Shown here piece by piece: positions 27,423-37,505 of a stretch of 48,190 bases of DNA (positions are counted from its first letter, which is position 1; every line of letters begins with the position of its first letter). The DNA is taken from UHGV virus genome UHGV-0173119. One strand, written 5' to 3'. Below the pieces are notes generated by a model, which was given only the letters and a program-made list of their open reading frames with translations, had not been told where the DNA came from and made no database searches. A program made the translations under genes and the position numbers. This DNA is from a virus.

Positions 27423-27670
27423 TGAAATTTAATATAAATGAATCCGTGAAAATTAAGCTCAACGATAACGGTGTTGACATTCTGCGCAAGCGACACGATG
27501 AACTTCGTTTGAGATGCCCTAGTATTGGTGATTTTGTTGAGCCAGTAAAAGATGATGATGGATATTCGTCATTTCCTCTGTGGGCGCTATTCGATACATT
27601 TGGAGAATATGTCCACCTTGGGTGCATTCCGCCATTCGATACTACAATCATCATCCCGGAGCGAAAATGA
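27419..27670 (+). CDS. hypothetical protein (83 aa)
   Basis: ATGA coupling. Confidence 0.5.
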   Translation: MMKFNINESVKIKLNDNGVDILRKRHDELRLRCPSIGDFVEPVKDDDGYSSFPLWALFDTFGEYVHLGCIPPFDTTIIIPERK

Positions 27671-27813
27671 TTCCAATGTTATGGGTGCTTTCTGCCTACG
27701 CATTCGCGCGGGTATTTGAGGCCGATACTCTGTACCAGATGATTTGTTATGGCGCTTTGTTCTGTCTGTCAGGTGCTGCGATCGCATTCATGGATGACGT
27801 GATTTCAGACTAA
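27667..27813 (+). CDS. hypothetical small membrane protein (48 aa, MIPMLWVLSAYAFARVFEADTLYQMICYGALFCLSGAAIAFMDDVISD)
   Basis: ATGA coupling; two hydrophobic segments. Confidence 0.4.
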   Translation: MIPMLWVLSAYAFARVFEADTLYQMICYGALFCLSGAAIAFMDDVISD

Positions 27814-27868
27814 CACCGTATATCTTTTGTTCATCATGGGCTGCTATCCTTTAATCAGGAGGTAGCCC

Positions 27869-27991
27869 ATGAACATAATCCCTATCACTTACTTTCTCAC
27901 GCTATACGCACTCACCAATTCGCCATTATTTGCACTGGCTACCGCCTCATGGTGCTATATCTCCCTGTGTTATAATTCGACCACAAACTAA
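27869..27991 (+). CDS. hypothetical hydrophobic peptide (40 aa)
   Basis: strong SD AGGAGG 6 nt upstream; not in track. Confidence 0.45.
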   Translation: MNIIPITYFLTLYALTNSPLFALATASWCYISLCYNSTTN

Positions 27992-28007
27992 CCGTGGAGA
28001 GTTAACC

Positions 28008-29889
<1,882 letters not shown>

Positions 29890-29890
<1 letters not shown>

Positions 29891-30960
29891 TGGAAAAGAT
29901 TATTTTTACCAAAGATTTGGTAGCCAACTCCGCAGTGGTGGCTGACCAGTGGAAACATCTCACCATCGACCGTAAAGTATTCTGCAATGCAGAGGCTGAG
30001 CTGGCGAAAACTTACGGCGTTAACGCCACCGCACTGGTAACGAAAGATTACTGGCGCGACGTGGATAACGTCACCACCCGCGTTTTCCGTAACGAAGCTG
30101 GTCAGGATATGATGGCTGACCTGATGGGTATCGCGGCAAACATCAATATCGGTAAGACTGTGGCAATCAGCCGTATTGCTTCCGATGCTGGTAAGGTCGT
30201 CCGCACCCTGTCTGGTCAGGAACCGGAAGATTTGGATAAAACTCGCTACGATTACACTGGCGATGTGATTCCAATCTTTAAGACTGGCTACAGCCGCGAA
30301 TGGCGCGAACTGCTGGGGATGCAGTCTGAAGGTTTCGACCCGCTGCTGGACGATCAAGCTAACGTCACCTTTAACCTGCGTTCCGATATGGCGCAGTATC
30401 TGCTGACTGGCGACCAGACTCTGAACGTGAACGGAGTTTACACTGGCTACGGTATCACCAACCACCCGAACACTGTTCAGGTTAACCTGAATGCTTCCGG
30501 CGGCCTGAATATCGACCTGCAAACCGCAACGCCTGACCAAATCGTGACCTTCTTCAATCAGGATTTCCAGGCTATTCTGGATGCGCAGAACGTATTTGAG
30601 CAGGTGACTCTGTGGGTTTCCCCGGCAGTGCGTCGTAGCTTCATGCGTCCGTATTCTGATGCGGCAGGCTTCAAAGGCGGCACGGTTGAGCAGTACATCA
30701 CGCAGTTCGGCAATGGTCGTATCGGCAAGATTGGCACCAACTTCCTGCTAACTGGTAACCATTTCGTTGGTTACGTTCGCAACGACATGTACATCCGTCC
30801 GCGTGTTGCTCAGCCTGTATCCACCTATGCAGAGCCGCGCACCACTCCGCACGCTAATTTCAACTTCCTCGTGTGGTCTGCTTTCGGCCTACAGGTTCGC
30901 CGCGATTTCTCCGGCAAATCCAAAGTGTTTAACGGCTACGGCACGCAAACTCCGGTGTAA
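29890..30960 (+). CDS. major capsid protein
   Basis: 356 aa, position, followed by strong terminator (high-expression gene). Confidence 0.65.
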
Positions 30961-30965
30961 TAAAA

Positions 30966-30986
30966 GAAGGGGCGAAAGCCCCTTTA
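30966..30986 (+). terminator. Rho-independent terminator GGGGC-gaaa-GCCCC + TTTATA
   Basis: read directly. Confidence 0.85.
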
Positions 30987-31004
30987 TAACCATTAGAGGC
31001 CACC

Positions 31005-31379
31005 ATGAGCAATAAAGACATTGAGCAGGAAATCCAAGATAAAGGATTAACAGCGCCACGCATCACTCCACAGCACATTCAGTCACTCATTGCTGGTGAG
31101 TATTATTTTACGGCGGCAGACGGCGTACAGCAGTCGATGCGCAAGCAGGATGAGCTAACTAGGCTCGTTGGTCCACACAGAGAAATTGAATTTCTTACCT
31201 TTTGTGTCTTGGTATTGAAAAATGGATTCACAGTCACAGGTGAAAGCGCATGCGCCAGCCCTGAAAATTTCGATGCTGAAATTGGTCGCAAGATTGCGCG
31301 CGAAAATGCGGTTAACAAAATTTGGATGCTGGAAGGATACCTACTTAAACAGCGTCTTTCGGAGGTGAATAATGATTAA
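31005..31379 (+). CDS. Gp49/Gp66-family phage protein
   Basis: LTFCVLVLKNGFTVTGESACASPENFDAEIGRKIARENA...IWMLEGY resembles the N4 gp49/Sf6 gp66 family. Confidence 0.5.
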   Translation: MSNKDIEQEIQDKGLTAPRITPQHIQSLIAGEYYFTAADGVQQSMRKQDELTRLVGPHREIEFLTFCVLVLKNGFTVTGESACASPENFDAEIGRKIARENAVNKIWMLEGYLLKQRLSEVNND

Positions 31380-31569
31380 GTACGAAGTCATCGCTCGCGG
31401 AATCTTTGTTAAAGAGAAAGGCAAGATTCGTGAGTTGCAGCTTGGCGAGGTGATTACCGAACCAGCCGAGCATCTACTACCAAAGCTGCGCGCTATGCCA
31501 GAACTGGAAAAGTCTTTCGAAGTTGCAACCCCGCAAGAAAAGACGACAAAGAAAAAGAAAGCAGAGTAA
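31372..31569 (+). CDS. hypothetical protein (65 aa)
   Basis: overlap coupling. Confidence 0.45.
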   Translation: MIKYEVIARGIFVKEKGKIRELQLGEVITEPAEHLLPKLRAMPELEKSFEVATPQEKTTKKKKAE

Positions 31570-31574
31570 AAATA

Positions 31575-31600
31575 AAAGCCCCGTGAAGGGGCTTTGGTTT
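31575..31600. terminator. bidirectional terminator AAGCCCC-gtgaa-GGGGCTT
   Basis: between convergent units. Confidence 0.85.
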
Positions 31601-31784
31601 ACTGACGATCCTGGTCTGAATAGAAGTTAACTAACTTAATGAAATCTCGCTTTCCGCTATGGTTTAAATAAAAACCAGCAATTTCATTAAACGCTTCGTT
31701 TGCCGCTCTTACGCTGCAACCCATGTTTAAAGCATCACGCGCAGCGATGGCAGCCAGCTTTGTTTTCTCTTTGATGTCCATCAA
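31599..31784 (-). CDS. hypothetical protein (61 aa)
   Basis: ATGA coupling with clamp-like gene. Confidence 0.45.
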   Translation of the reverse strand: MMDIKEKTKLAAIAARDALNMGCSVRAANEAFNEIAGFYLNHSGKRDFIKLVNFYSDQDRQ

Positions 31785-32320
31785 TCAATCCTCATCGGCA
31801 TAACAACAATCTTCGCAGTCTCACCAGATGGCGCGCTAAGACAGCAAACTGCGGCATTTTTGTTTCCATTCAGTTCAAATTTGACGCCACAGAATTTAGG
31901 ATTAAACAGCTTAGCCGCTTTCTCGATATCAACCAGATAGCCAGCATTGAAGCCAATTGCCTCTGCGGCTTTTGTTTCCTGCGGTATCACGCGGTCAATG
32001 TCAGGGAATCGGCCGTCAATCTCTTCGCAGATACCAGCGCCAACCATCACGCCATCTCCATCATGATACGTTGCAATTTTCGACTTTGTATCAATGATGG
32101 CGTACTCATAACGTTTTGTTGGAGATTTGCCAATCTTGATAATCACATTTTCTGTCAGCTTATTGTCATGGCTTCCACCAATGAATGCGCGACGACCATC
32201 AGTTGATGCAATGCGACCATCTGGCATGAAGCAGATTCCATTCAGGTAATATCGCACATCATTGCGAGCCTGAAATATTAATGCTGATTCAAGTAATAGT
32301 TTGCTGATTTTTAGTTTCAT
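31781..32320 (-). CDS. truncated DnaN-like (DNA polymerase III beta sliding clamp) homolog, ~domain II plus shortened domain III
   Basis: NDVRYYLNGICF/TDGRRAF, DGRFPDIDRVIP, KFCGVKF and C-terminal VVMPMR all align to E. coli beta clamp residues ~148-366; only 179 aa. Confidence 0.7.
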   Translation of the reverse strand: MKLKISKLLLESALIFQARNDVRYYLNGICFMPDGRIASTDGRRAFIGGSHDNKLTENVIIKIGKSPTKRYEYAIIDTKSKIATYHDGDGVMVGAGICEEIDGRFPDIDRVIPQETKAAEAIGFNAGYLVDIEKAAKLFNPKFCGVKFELNGNKNAAVCCLSAPSGETAKIVVMPMRID

Positions 32321-32493
32321 CACTTCACCTTAATCATGTGTTGTTTTGCAACCTTCATGCATTCTTCAAAAATGGCGCCCTTCTTTGCGCTCTGATTGCG
32401 CTTGTAATACTGAATTGCCGCATCAATTGCCATCTGGTCGATGTCCGGCAGCTTGGCACGAAGTTGTTTTTCGATGAATTGTTCTGGAGTCAT
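32320..32493 (-). CDS. hypothetical helical protein (57 aa, MTPEQFIEKQLRAKLPDIDQMAIDAAIQYYKRNQSAKKGAIFEECMKVAKQHMIKVK)
   Basis: TAATG and TGATG overlaps with flanking genes. Confidence 0.4.
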   Translation of the reverse strand: MTPEQFIEKQLRAKLPDIDQMAIDAAIQYYKRNQSAKKGAIFEECMKVAKQHMIKVK

Positions 32494-33293
32494 TAAACGG
32501 ACCTCATGAATGCTTTAATGAATTCTGCTGCGACTTGTGGAACTATGGCATTGCCATAACCGCGCAATCGTCCCACTCTTGCGGATACCCCATGAGTTGC
32601 CTCGCAAAATCCGCCTGGTATGACTCTAGTTTCTTTATCTGCTCCATGGTTGGGTTTCCATGAATCCCATAAACATGAAGCCACATCTGGCGATAAAGAG
32701 TATCGTTCCTGAATTTTCCATCCTTTCTGTAAAATGACTTGCTGAGATTCCCGTAATCCTTCCATCCTCGCGCCGTTGGTGTCGCCCATCCTCGAGCCAA
32801 AGATGATTCTTTTTCTTTCCTGTGGAGAACCGACGCTGCAAGCTGGCAATACTGCCGCCCCGCAGGTGTAGCCTTTTTCTTCCAGGTTAAGGAATACAAA
32901 GTCGAGCCAGTGCTTTGCAATTGCTGCCGCAACCTGCTCTCCAAACAGCAATTCAGGCTTGCACTCTCTGATGAGCCGGAGAAATACAGGGGCAAGGTGT
33001 CGTTCGTCATCAAATCCGCGAGACTGACCGGCAACGCTAAACGGCTGGCAAGGTGGTGATCCTGTCCAGAGTCGAGTGCTTTCTGGTATTCCTGCCAGCT
33101 GGAGTGCAAGGGGCCACCCTCCGATTCCGGCAAAGAAGTGACATTGTGTAAATCCTTCCAGGTCTGAAGGTGTGACTTCGGTAATTGATCGCTCATCGAC
33201 ATATCCGTAAGGAATTAGTTTATTGTTAATTAATTCGCGCAGCCATGCCGCTGCGCCCTTGTCCCACTCATTGTAATAGTGGACTATCATCAC
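32493..33293 (-). CDS. DNA (cytosine-5) methyltransferase
   Basis: motif I FFAGIGGW, motif IV GSPPCQPFS, motif VI-like LFGEQV. Confidence 0.85.
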   Translation of the reverse strand: MMIVHYYNEWDKGAAAWLRELINNKLIPYGYVDERSITEVTPSDLEGFTQCHFFAGIGGWPLALQLAGIPESTRLWTGSPPCQPFSVAGQSRGFDDERHLAPVFLRLIRECKPELLFGEQVAAAIAKHWLDFVFLNLEEKGYTCGAAVLPACSVGSPQERKRIIFGSRMGDTNGARMEGLRESQQVILQKGWKIQERYSLSPDVASCLWDSWKPNHGADKETRVIPGGFCEATHGVSARVGRLRGYGNAIVPQVAAEFIKAFMRSV

Positions 33294-34099
33294 ATCTTCT
33301 CCAGAATTGCCATAACCTCGTGAATGTCAGCAACAGGAATCTGGATAAATTCCTCATCCTCAGCCACCACATGACCAGCTGGAAGAATCACATGGTCTGC
33401 TGGCTTCAATAACTCAATCAGGCGGTCTACTGGCTTAATCTTTTTCGACTTCAGCACTTTCGCCGTGACCTTGTCTTTGCCTTGTGCTTTAGCCTCCTCA
33501 ACAGCCTCGTCGATAACTTTAACTGCATCGTCACCATGCTCACGCGTTACTGCTACGGCATTTGCATAGCTGATTTGCCCTGCGCTGATTCGCGCTTTTA
33601 CTTCCGCAGGAACATCACCAAGCGACAGGTGCATTTGCACGTCAGACACTGAGCGACCTACCTTCTTGGCGATTTCTTCATTCGTCCAGCCAAAACCTTT
33701 CAGTCGCGTATAAGCCTTTGCGCGTTCAAATGGGTCAAGCTGCTTTCCCTGGCTGGATGACACCATGAAGGCGATTTTATCTGCCTCATCGCCAGTGAAG
33801 TCCTTACACTCAATGCGAACGATTGGTGCACCACGCTCAATGGCGCGCAATGCGCCGAGATAGCGATGCTGACCATCAAGAATGCGGATTCCATTCTCGT
33901 CAGGAATAACTGTTAATGCTGGTAATGGCTGGCCTGACTCCCAGCACTGAGCGAAATACTCCACATGCTGCTCATCTGCTTCACGGATGTTATATCCCGG
34001 CTCCAGATAGATTTGCTCCACTGGCACGAGATAGGTTTTGTTAACAGCGATACCGTTGCGCGTTTCTTTGTCTGAATAGATTTTGCTTAGTGTTTTCAT
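33290..34099 (-). CDS. ParB-like nuclease domain protein
   Basis: ParB/Srx N-terminal motif region (YLEPGYNIRE...ILDGQHRYLGALRA). Confidence 0.8.
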   Translation of the reverse strand: MKTLSKIYSDKETRNGIAVNKTYLVPVEQIYLEPGYNIREADEQHVEYFAQCWESGQPLPALTVIPDENGIRILDGQHRYLGALRAIERGAPIVRIECKDFTGDEADKIAFMVSSSQGKQLDPFERAKAYTRLKGFGWTNEEIAKKVGRSVSDVQMHLSLGDVPAEVKARISAGQISYANAVAVTREHGDDAVKVIDEAVEEAKAQGKDKVTAKVLKSKKIKPVDRLIELLKPADHVILPAGHVVAEDEEFIQIPVADIHEVMAILEKM

Positions 34100-34102
34100 T
34101 GT

Positions 34103-34381
34103 TTATTCCTCATCACCCTGAAAAATGCCGCCAAACTCTTCAACCAACTCATCAATACATTCGTCCGCCTCGGCGCAATTACCAGCGGCGCTCAGCAGAA
34201 TATCAACTGCCTCATCATCAGGAATGTTGATTGCTGAGAAGAACTCAACAATGCACATTTTCACAACCTGATATTCACCTTCTGTCTGGCAGGATGCGAA
34301 ACTGCAAGCGACCGCATCAATCAGCTTGGCTTTGTCATCACTTGGATTATCAATATCAAACATTTCCATCACCTCTAACAT
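34103..34381 (-). CDS. small highly acidic protein (92 aa, ~24 Asp/Glu vs 3 Lys); candidate DNA-mimic anti-restriction protein
   Basis: composition; first gene of operon with MTase/ParB. Confidence 0.5.
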   Translation of the reverse strand: MLEVMEMFDIDNPSDDKAKLIDAVACSFASCQTEGEYQVVKMCIVEFFSAINIPDDEAVDILLSAAGNCAEADECIDELVEEFGGIFQGDEE

Positions 34382-34391
34382 TTATTGTTGT

Positions 34392-34449
34392 TTCTACGTC
34401 ATTACTATAAACACCTCACCAATCTACGTCAACAGGAATATGCTAAAAT
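34392..34449. promoter_or_regulatory. divergent promoter region: plus-strand extended -10 TGcTAAAAT with AATCTACGTCAA at -35; minus-strand TTGACG-17-TATAGT
   Basis: two motif copies (34392-34401, 34421-34432). Confidence 0.55.
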
Positions 34450-34479
34450 CATGCTAATCAAACAACAGGAGATTTAAAC

Positions 34480-34599
34480 ATGGGTTCAACCAATTCGCCG
34501 TCTCGTTCACGCGCTACTGGCAATACCAAAACTGGCGGCAAAACTGGTGCAGTGAAGCCAAACGGCTCCACCCGTTCACCATCACGCGGCAAGAAATAA
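34480..34599 (+). CDS. 39-aa extremely basic, Ser/Thr/Gly-rich disordered peptide (MGSTNSPSRSRATGNTKTGGKTGAVKPNGSTRSPSRGKK)
   Basis: SD AGGAGA 7 nt upstream; TAATG coupling to next gene. Confidence 0.45.
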   Translation: MGSTNSPSRSRATGNTKTGGKTGAVKPNGSTRSPSRGKK

Positions 34600-35051
34600 T
34601 GTTCGGCGCAGATATTGCCATCATGATCATGTATGTGCTGGGTTTCTCCTGTACGGGCATGGTTGCGTTTCTGGTGTTCATTCCGGCAATGGTGATGTCT
34701 GTGTATCTTGGATGGGTGCTTGTTGATTCATTTCCCGCCGAATATCTGTATTACCTTGCGCAGTCTATGGTCTGGTTGTTTCCGGCTATTGCGCTGCGCA
34801 AAAGTACAAAGATGGCGCTCTGCGTGCTGACGATGAGTCTTTACGAATGGCTGGTTGCGATAGAGTCATTCGTATGGGAATTTATCACGCCTGTAGAAAC
34901 GCCGCTTCATGCGCAGTACGCATTTATTATTATCGGCATCCATCTGTTCATCCTTTCAGCTATAGCAAAGTGGGGCGGCGAAATTGGATATACTAACTGG
35001 AATAGTGCTAATCGCAGCCGTTTTCTATGTAATATGCAGAAGCTGGGCTGA
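34599..35051 (+). CDS. polytopic membrane protein (150 aa, ~4 TMDs)
   Basis: hydrophobicity. Confidence 0.55.
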   Translation: MFGADIAIMIMYVLGFSCTGMVAFLVFIPAMVMSVYLGWVLVDSFPAEYLYYLAQSMVWLFPAIALRKSTKMALCVLTMSLYEWLVAIESFVWEFITPVETPLHAQYAFIIIGIHLFILSAIAKWGGEIGYTNWNSANRSRFLCNMQKLG

Positions 35052-35071
35052 GATAAGAAAGGGTCTGGAAG

Positions 35072-35359
35072 ATGTTAGAAAAACTACAGGCGATAGCAGA
35101 AAGAATGACTGATGGCGCATATGGTGATGCCATCAGTAGGGCTGGTCAGATTGGCGGTGGGATAGGGTTGGGTATCGGCGCAGGTACTGGAGTATCATTT
35201 GCTGATATTTTTCAATATATGCCGCACACATGGCCTGAGTGGGCCGCATTCTTCTCTGTTGTGTGCGTCGTCCCAATGATTATCAGAACCATATTTACCA
35301 GTATCGCTAAAGGCATTATGTGGCTTGTGAGGTTAAAGAATGGCAGCACCAACACCTGA
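35072..35359 (+). CDS. membrane protein with glycine-zipper (GGGIGLGIGAGTG) and C-terminal TMD
   Basis: composition. Confidence 0.5.
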   Translation: MLEKLQAIAERMTDGAYGDAISRAGQIGGGIGLGIGAGTGVSFADIFQYMPHTWPEWAAFFSVVCVVPMIIRTIFTSIAKGIMWLVRLKNGSTNT

Positions 35360-35735
35360 AGAACTTGTCAGCCAGATGGCATCCCGTGGAATGACCATCA
35401 CCACAACAGATGCCTCTGGCATTCTGTGCCTTGTGGCATCAATCAGTGAATGCCTTGAGCTGAACTATCCAAATGATGAATGCCGACAAAATGCGATCAT
35501 GCTGTGGGCTTCCATCCTGATTAGCACAAATACCGCAGGGCGCTACGTCACCAGTCAGAGCGCACCGTCTGGAGCATCACAATCATTCGCGTATGGCAGT
35601 AAGCCGTGGGTGGCGCTGTACAATCAGATGAAGCTACTGGATACAGCCGGATGCACTGGCGATTTAGTAGAAGACCCTGACGGAAGCGGTAAACCGTGGT
35701 TTGCGGTTGTGCGTGGGAGTAAATGCAAATGTTAA
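35340..35735 (+). CDS. putative head-tail connector/adaptor protein
   Basis: size and position at start of connector gene block. Confidence 0.45.
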   Translation: MAAPTPEELVSQMASRGMTITTTDASGILCLVASISECLELNYPNDECRQNAIMLWASILISTNTAGRYVTSQSAPSGASQSFAYGSKPWVALYNQMKLLDTAGCTGDLVEDPDGSGKPWFAVVRGSKCKC

Positions 35736-35878
35736 TGACAAAAGATTTAATTGAACGACTTGGCAAATTAACAAAAGAGCCGTCATTTACCATTCCAGTA
35801 TGGTGTAAAACTCGTGAGCAGCGAAGAAAATTCATGCTCGATTGTGCGAAAGGTTTAGTGGAGCCTGATAAATCATGA
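35735..35878 (+). CDS. hypothetical protein (47 aa)
   Basis: TAATG and ATGA coupling on both sides; not in track. Confidence 0.45.
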   Translation: MTKDLIERLGKLTKEPSFTIPVWCKTREQRRKFMLDCAKGLVEPDKS

Positions 35879-36216
35879 CTTCACTAGCTAACTGGAGTTA
35901 CACGCAGCCATGCACAATCTGGCACAAAAGCGGCACTGACAAGTACGGAAAGCCGACTTTTGACGCGCCAGTAAGCATCATGTGCGACTATGGCTTTAAC
36001 GATGATGTATCGACCGATGCGAAAGGCAATGAGATTGTGCAGAAGAATACTTTCTGGACAGAATACACTGGCGCGAAGGTTGGTGATTACATCATGATTG
36101 GCGCGATGACAGAAGCTGACCCGCTAGCGGCTGGTGCAAACCAGATTCTGAATGTAATTAATTACGGCAATACTTTCCAAAGAAGTGAGCCACCTGATTT
36201 TGCACTGGTGACATAA
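35875..36216 (+). CDS. putative head-closure/head-tail joining protein
   Basis: size, position. Confidence 0.5.
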   Translation: MTSLANWSYTQPCTIWHKSGTDKYGKPTFDAPVSIMCDYGFNDDVSTDAKGNEIVQKNTFWTEYTGAKVGDYIMIGAMTEADPLAAGANQILNVINYGNTFQRSEPPDFALVT

Positions 36217-36614
36217 TGCCAGCAAAAATAAGAGGCATCCGCGAGGCCGTAGAAAGAACATCGCAGATTGTGGATGAGATAATCGCTACGAAAGCTGTGC
36301 GTGCTCTGAAATCGGCGACATACATCATCCGCACCGAATCAGCCACGTTGACGCCAATTGATACATCAACGCTGATTAACAGCCAGTTTGATACCGTGGA
36401 AGTTAACGGAACGCGAATCACTGGCAAGGTTGGTTATTCTGCAAAATATGCGCTGTACGTCCACAATGCCAGCGGCAAACTTGCAGGGAAACCACGCAGC
36501 AACGGCAATGGTACGTACTGGTCGCCGGGTGGTGAACCGCAATTTCTTACCAAAGCGGCACAGCGCACAAAAGACCTTGTCGATGGCGTGATTAAGAAGG
36601 AGATGAAACTGTGA
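36216..36614 (+). CDS. HK97 gp10-like neck/tail-completion protein
   Basis: 132 aa; N-terminal AKIRGIREAVERTSQIVDEIIATKAVRALKSAT typical of gp10 family. Confidence 0.55.
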   Translation: MPAKIRGIREAVERTSQIVDEIIATKAVRALKSATYIIRTESATLTPIDTSTLINSQFDTVEVNGTRITGKVGYSAKYALYVHNASGKLAGKPRSNGNGTYWSPGGEPQFLTKAAQRTKDLVDGVIKKEMKL

Positions 36615-36985
36615 ATACGCTTGAGCTGGTTGATGCATATCTTCAGGATGCCGGATTATATGATGGCTGGACTTCGCAGTTGCAGTTCTGGAATGACACC
36701 GGAGACGGCAACGAGCAATTTATTGTTCTGCAAACCAACGGCGGCACGCAGGTTATGGATGGACTCGGCGGTGATTTCTATTTCTCGCTGTATGTTGTCG
36801 GCAAACATGGTCAATACAACGTGTCGGATGTTGACGCTAAAGCCAATGAGATTATCGAATACATCAAAACTCACCCGATTGATTCATGCGTTAACTATAT
36901 CCAGTTGCAAGCGCCACTTGGTAGGCCAATGCTGACGGAAGAAAAAAGACCCGTGCATGAGTTGCTGTTGAGGGTTGTGAAATAA
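36611..36985 (+). CDS. putative tail terminator (gpU-like) protein
   Basis: size and position before major tail gene. Confidence 0.5.
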   Translation: MNTLELVDAYLQDAGLYDGWTSQLQFWNDTGDGNEQFIVLQTNGGTQVMDGLGGDFYFSLYVVGKHGQYNVSDVDAKANEIIEYIKTHPIDSCVNYIQLQAPLGRPMLTEEKRPVHELLLRVVK

Positions 36986-36987
36986 AT

Positions 36988-37012
36988 AAAGCCGCACGAA
37001 GCGGCTTTATTA
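36988..37012 (+). terminator. Rho-independent terminator AAGCCGC-acgaa-GCGGCTT + TATT
   Basis: read directly. Confidence 0.75.
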
Positions 37013-37039
37013 CTGGTTTAAGCATTACCAGCGTGCTTT

Positions 37040-37105
37040 CTTAATATCCAGCCCCGTAACCCATACATACCCCTACATATGATTGCGATAATGCTGGATA
37101 TTAAG
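37040..37105. repeat. 13-bp perfect inverted repeat CTTAATATCCAGC (37040-37052) / GCTGGATATTAAG (37093-37105) with 40-nt loop, inside a ~490-bp noncoding region
   Basis: read directly. Confidence 0.8.
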
Positions 37106-37425
37106 TGTTGTGGCTCTGGTGCCTCCAGATTGCTGGTCGGTAAAGCCAGCAGGCAGTCCCAAAATAAAAGGAGTGTTTCTTTACCTTGCCGCGTGCGCAT
37201 AGCCGCATTACCACAACGGAAAGAGCACTGGCTAACCAAGCGCGCAGACTCTTCACGATTATCTGCTCAATGCTCTTACCTGTTGCGTGCCGGTTACGCG
37301 TCCTGCGCCTCTCGACAGCTAATTATTTTTACTTCTTCAAATTGAGATTTCATTCATTTTGGTCACCTTCCTTTCAGAAAGTTGAAAACTAACTCATAAA
37401 TCAATTCATATCTTAAGTAGACTTT

Positions 37426-37469
37426 AATCTACACCACAAAATAATCACTGTCAACACCTGTGATATAAT
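37426..37469 (+). promoter_or_regulatory. promoter of major tail gene: AATCTACACC ... TGTCAACACC ... extended -10 TGaTATAAT
   Basis: same architecture repeated at 39312-39360. Confidence 0.55.
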
Positions 37470-37505
37470 CACCACGTTAGCAGCTAACACAATTCGGAGA
37501 TCGAA

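Noticed and set aside
32543-33202. 219-aa ORF overlapping the MTase gene in another frame
   Set aside because: Same-strand alternative frame inside a gene with clear C5-MTase motifs. It has Ser/Leu-rich composition and is spurious.
37018-37392. ORFs 37018-37239(-), 37079-37345(+), 37186-37392(+) in the noncoding region
   Set aside because: No SD or start context, Arg/Cys/Ser-rich aberrant composition, mutually overlapping. Treated as noncoding.
37013-37505. tRNA or integrase/attP in the noncoding gap
   Set aside because: No T-loop or anticodon-arm-like GTTCGAATC-type signatures. No integrase or repressor anywhere in the window.
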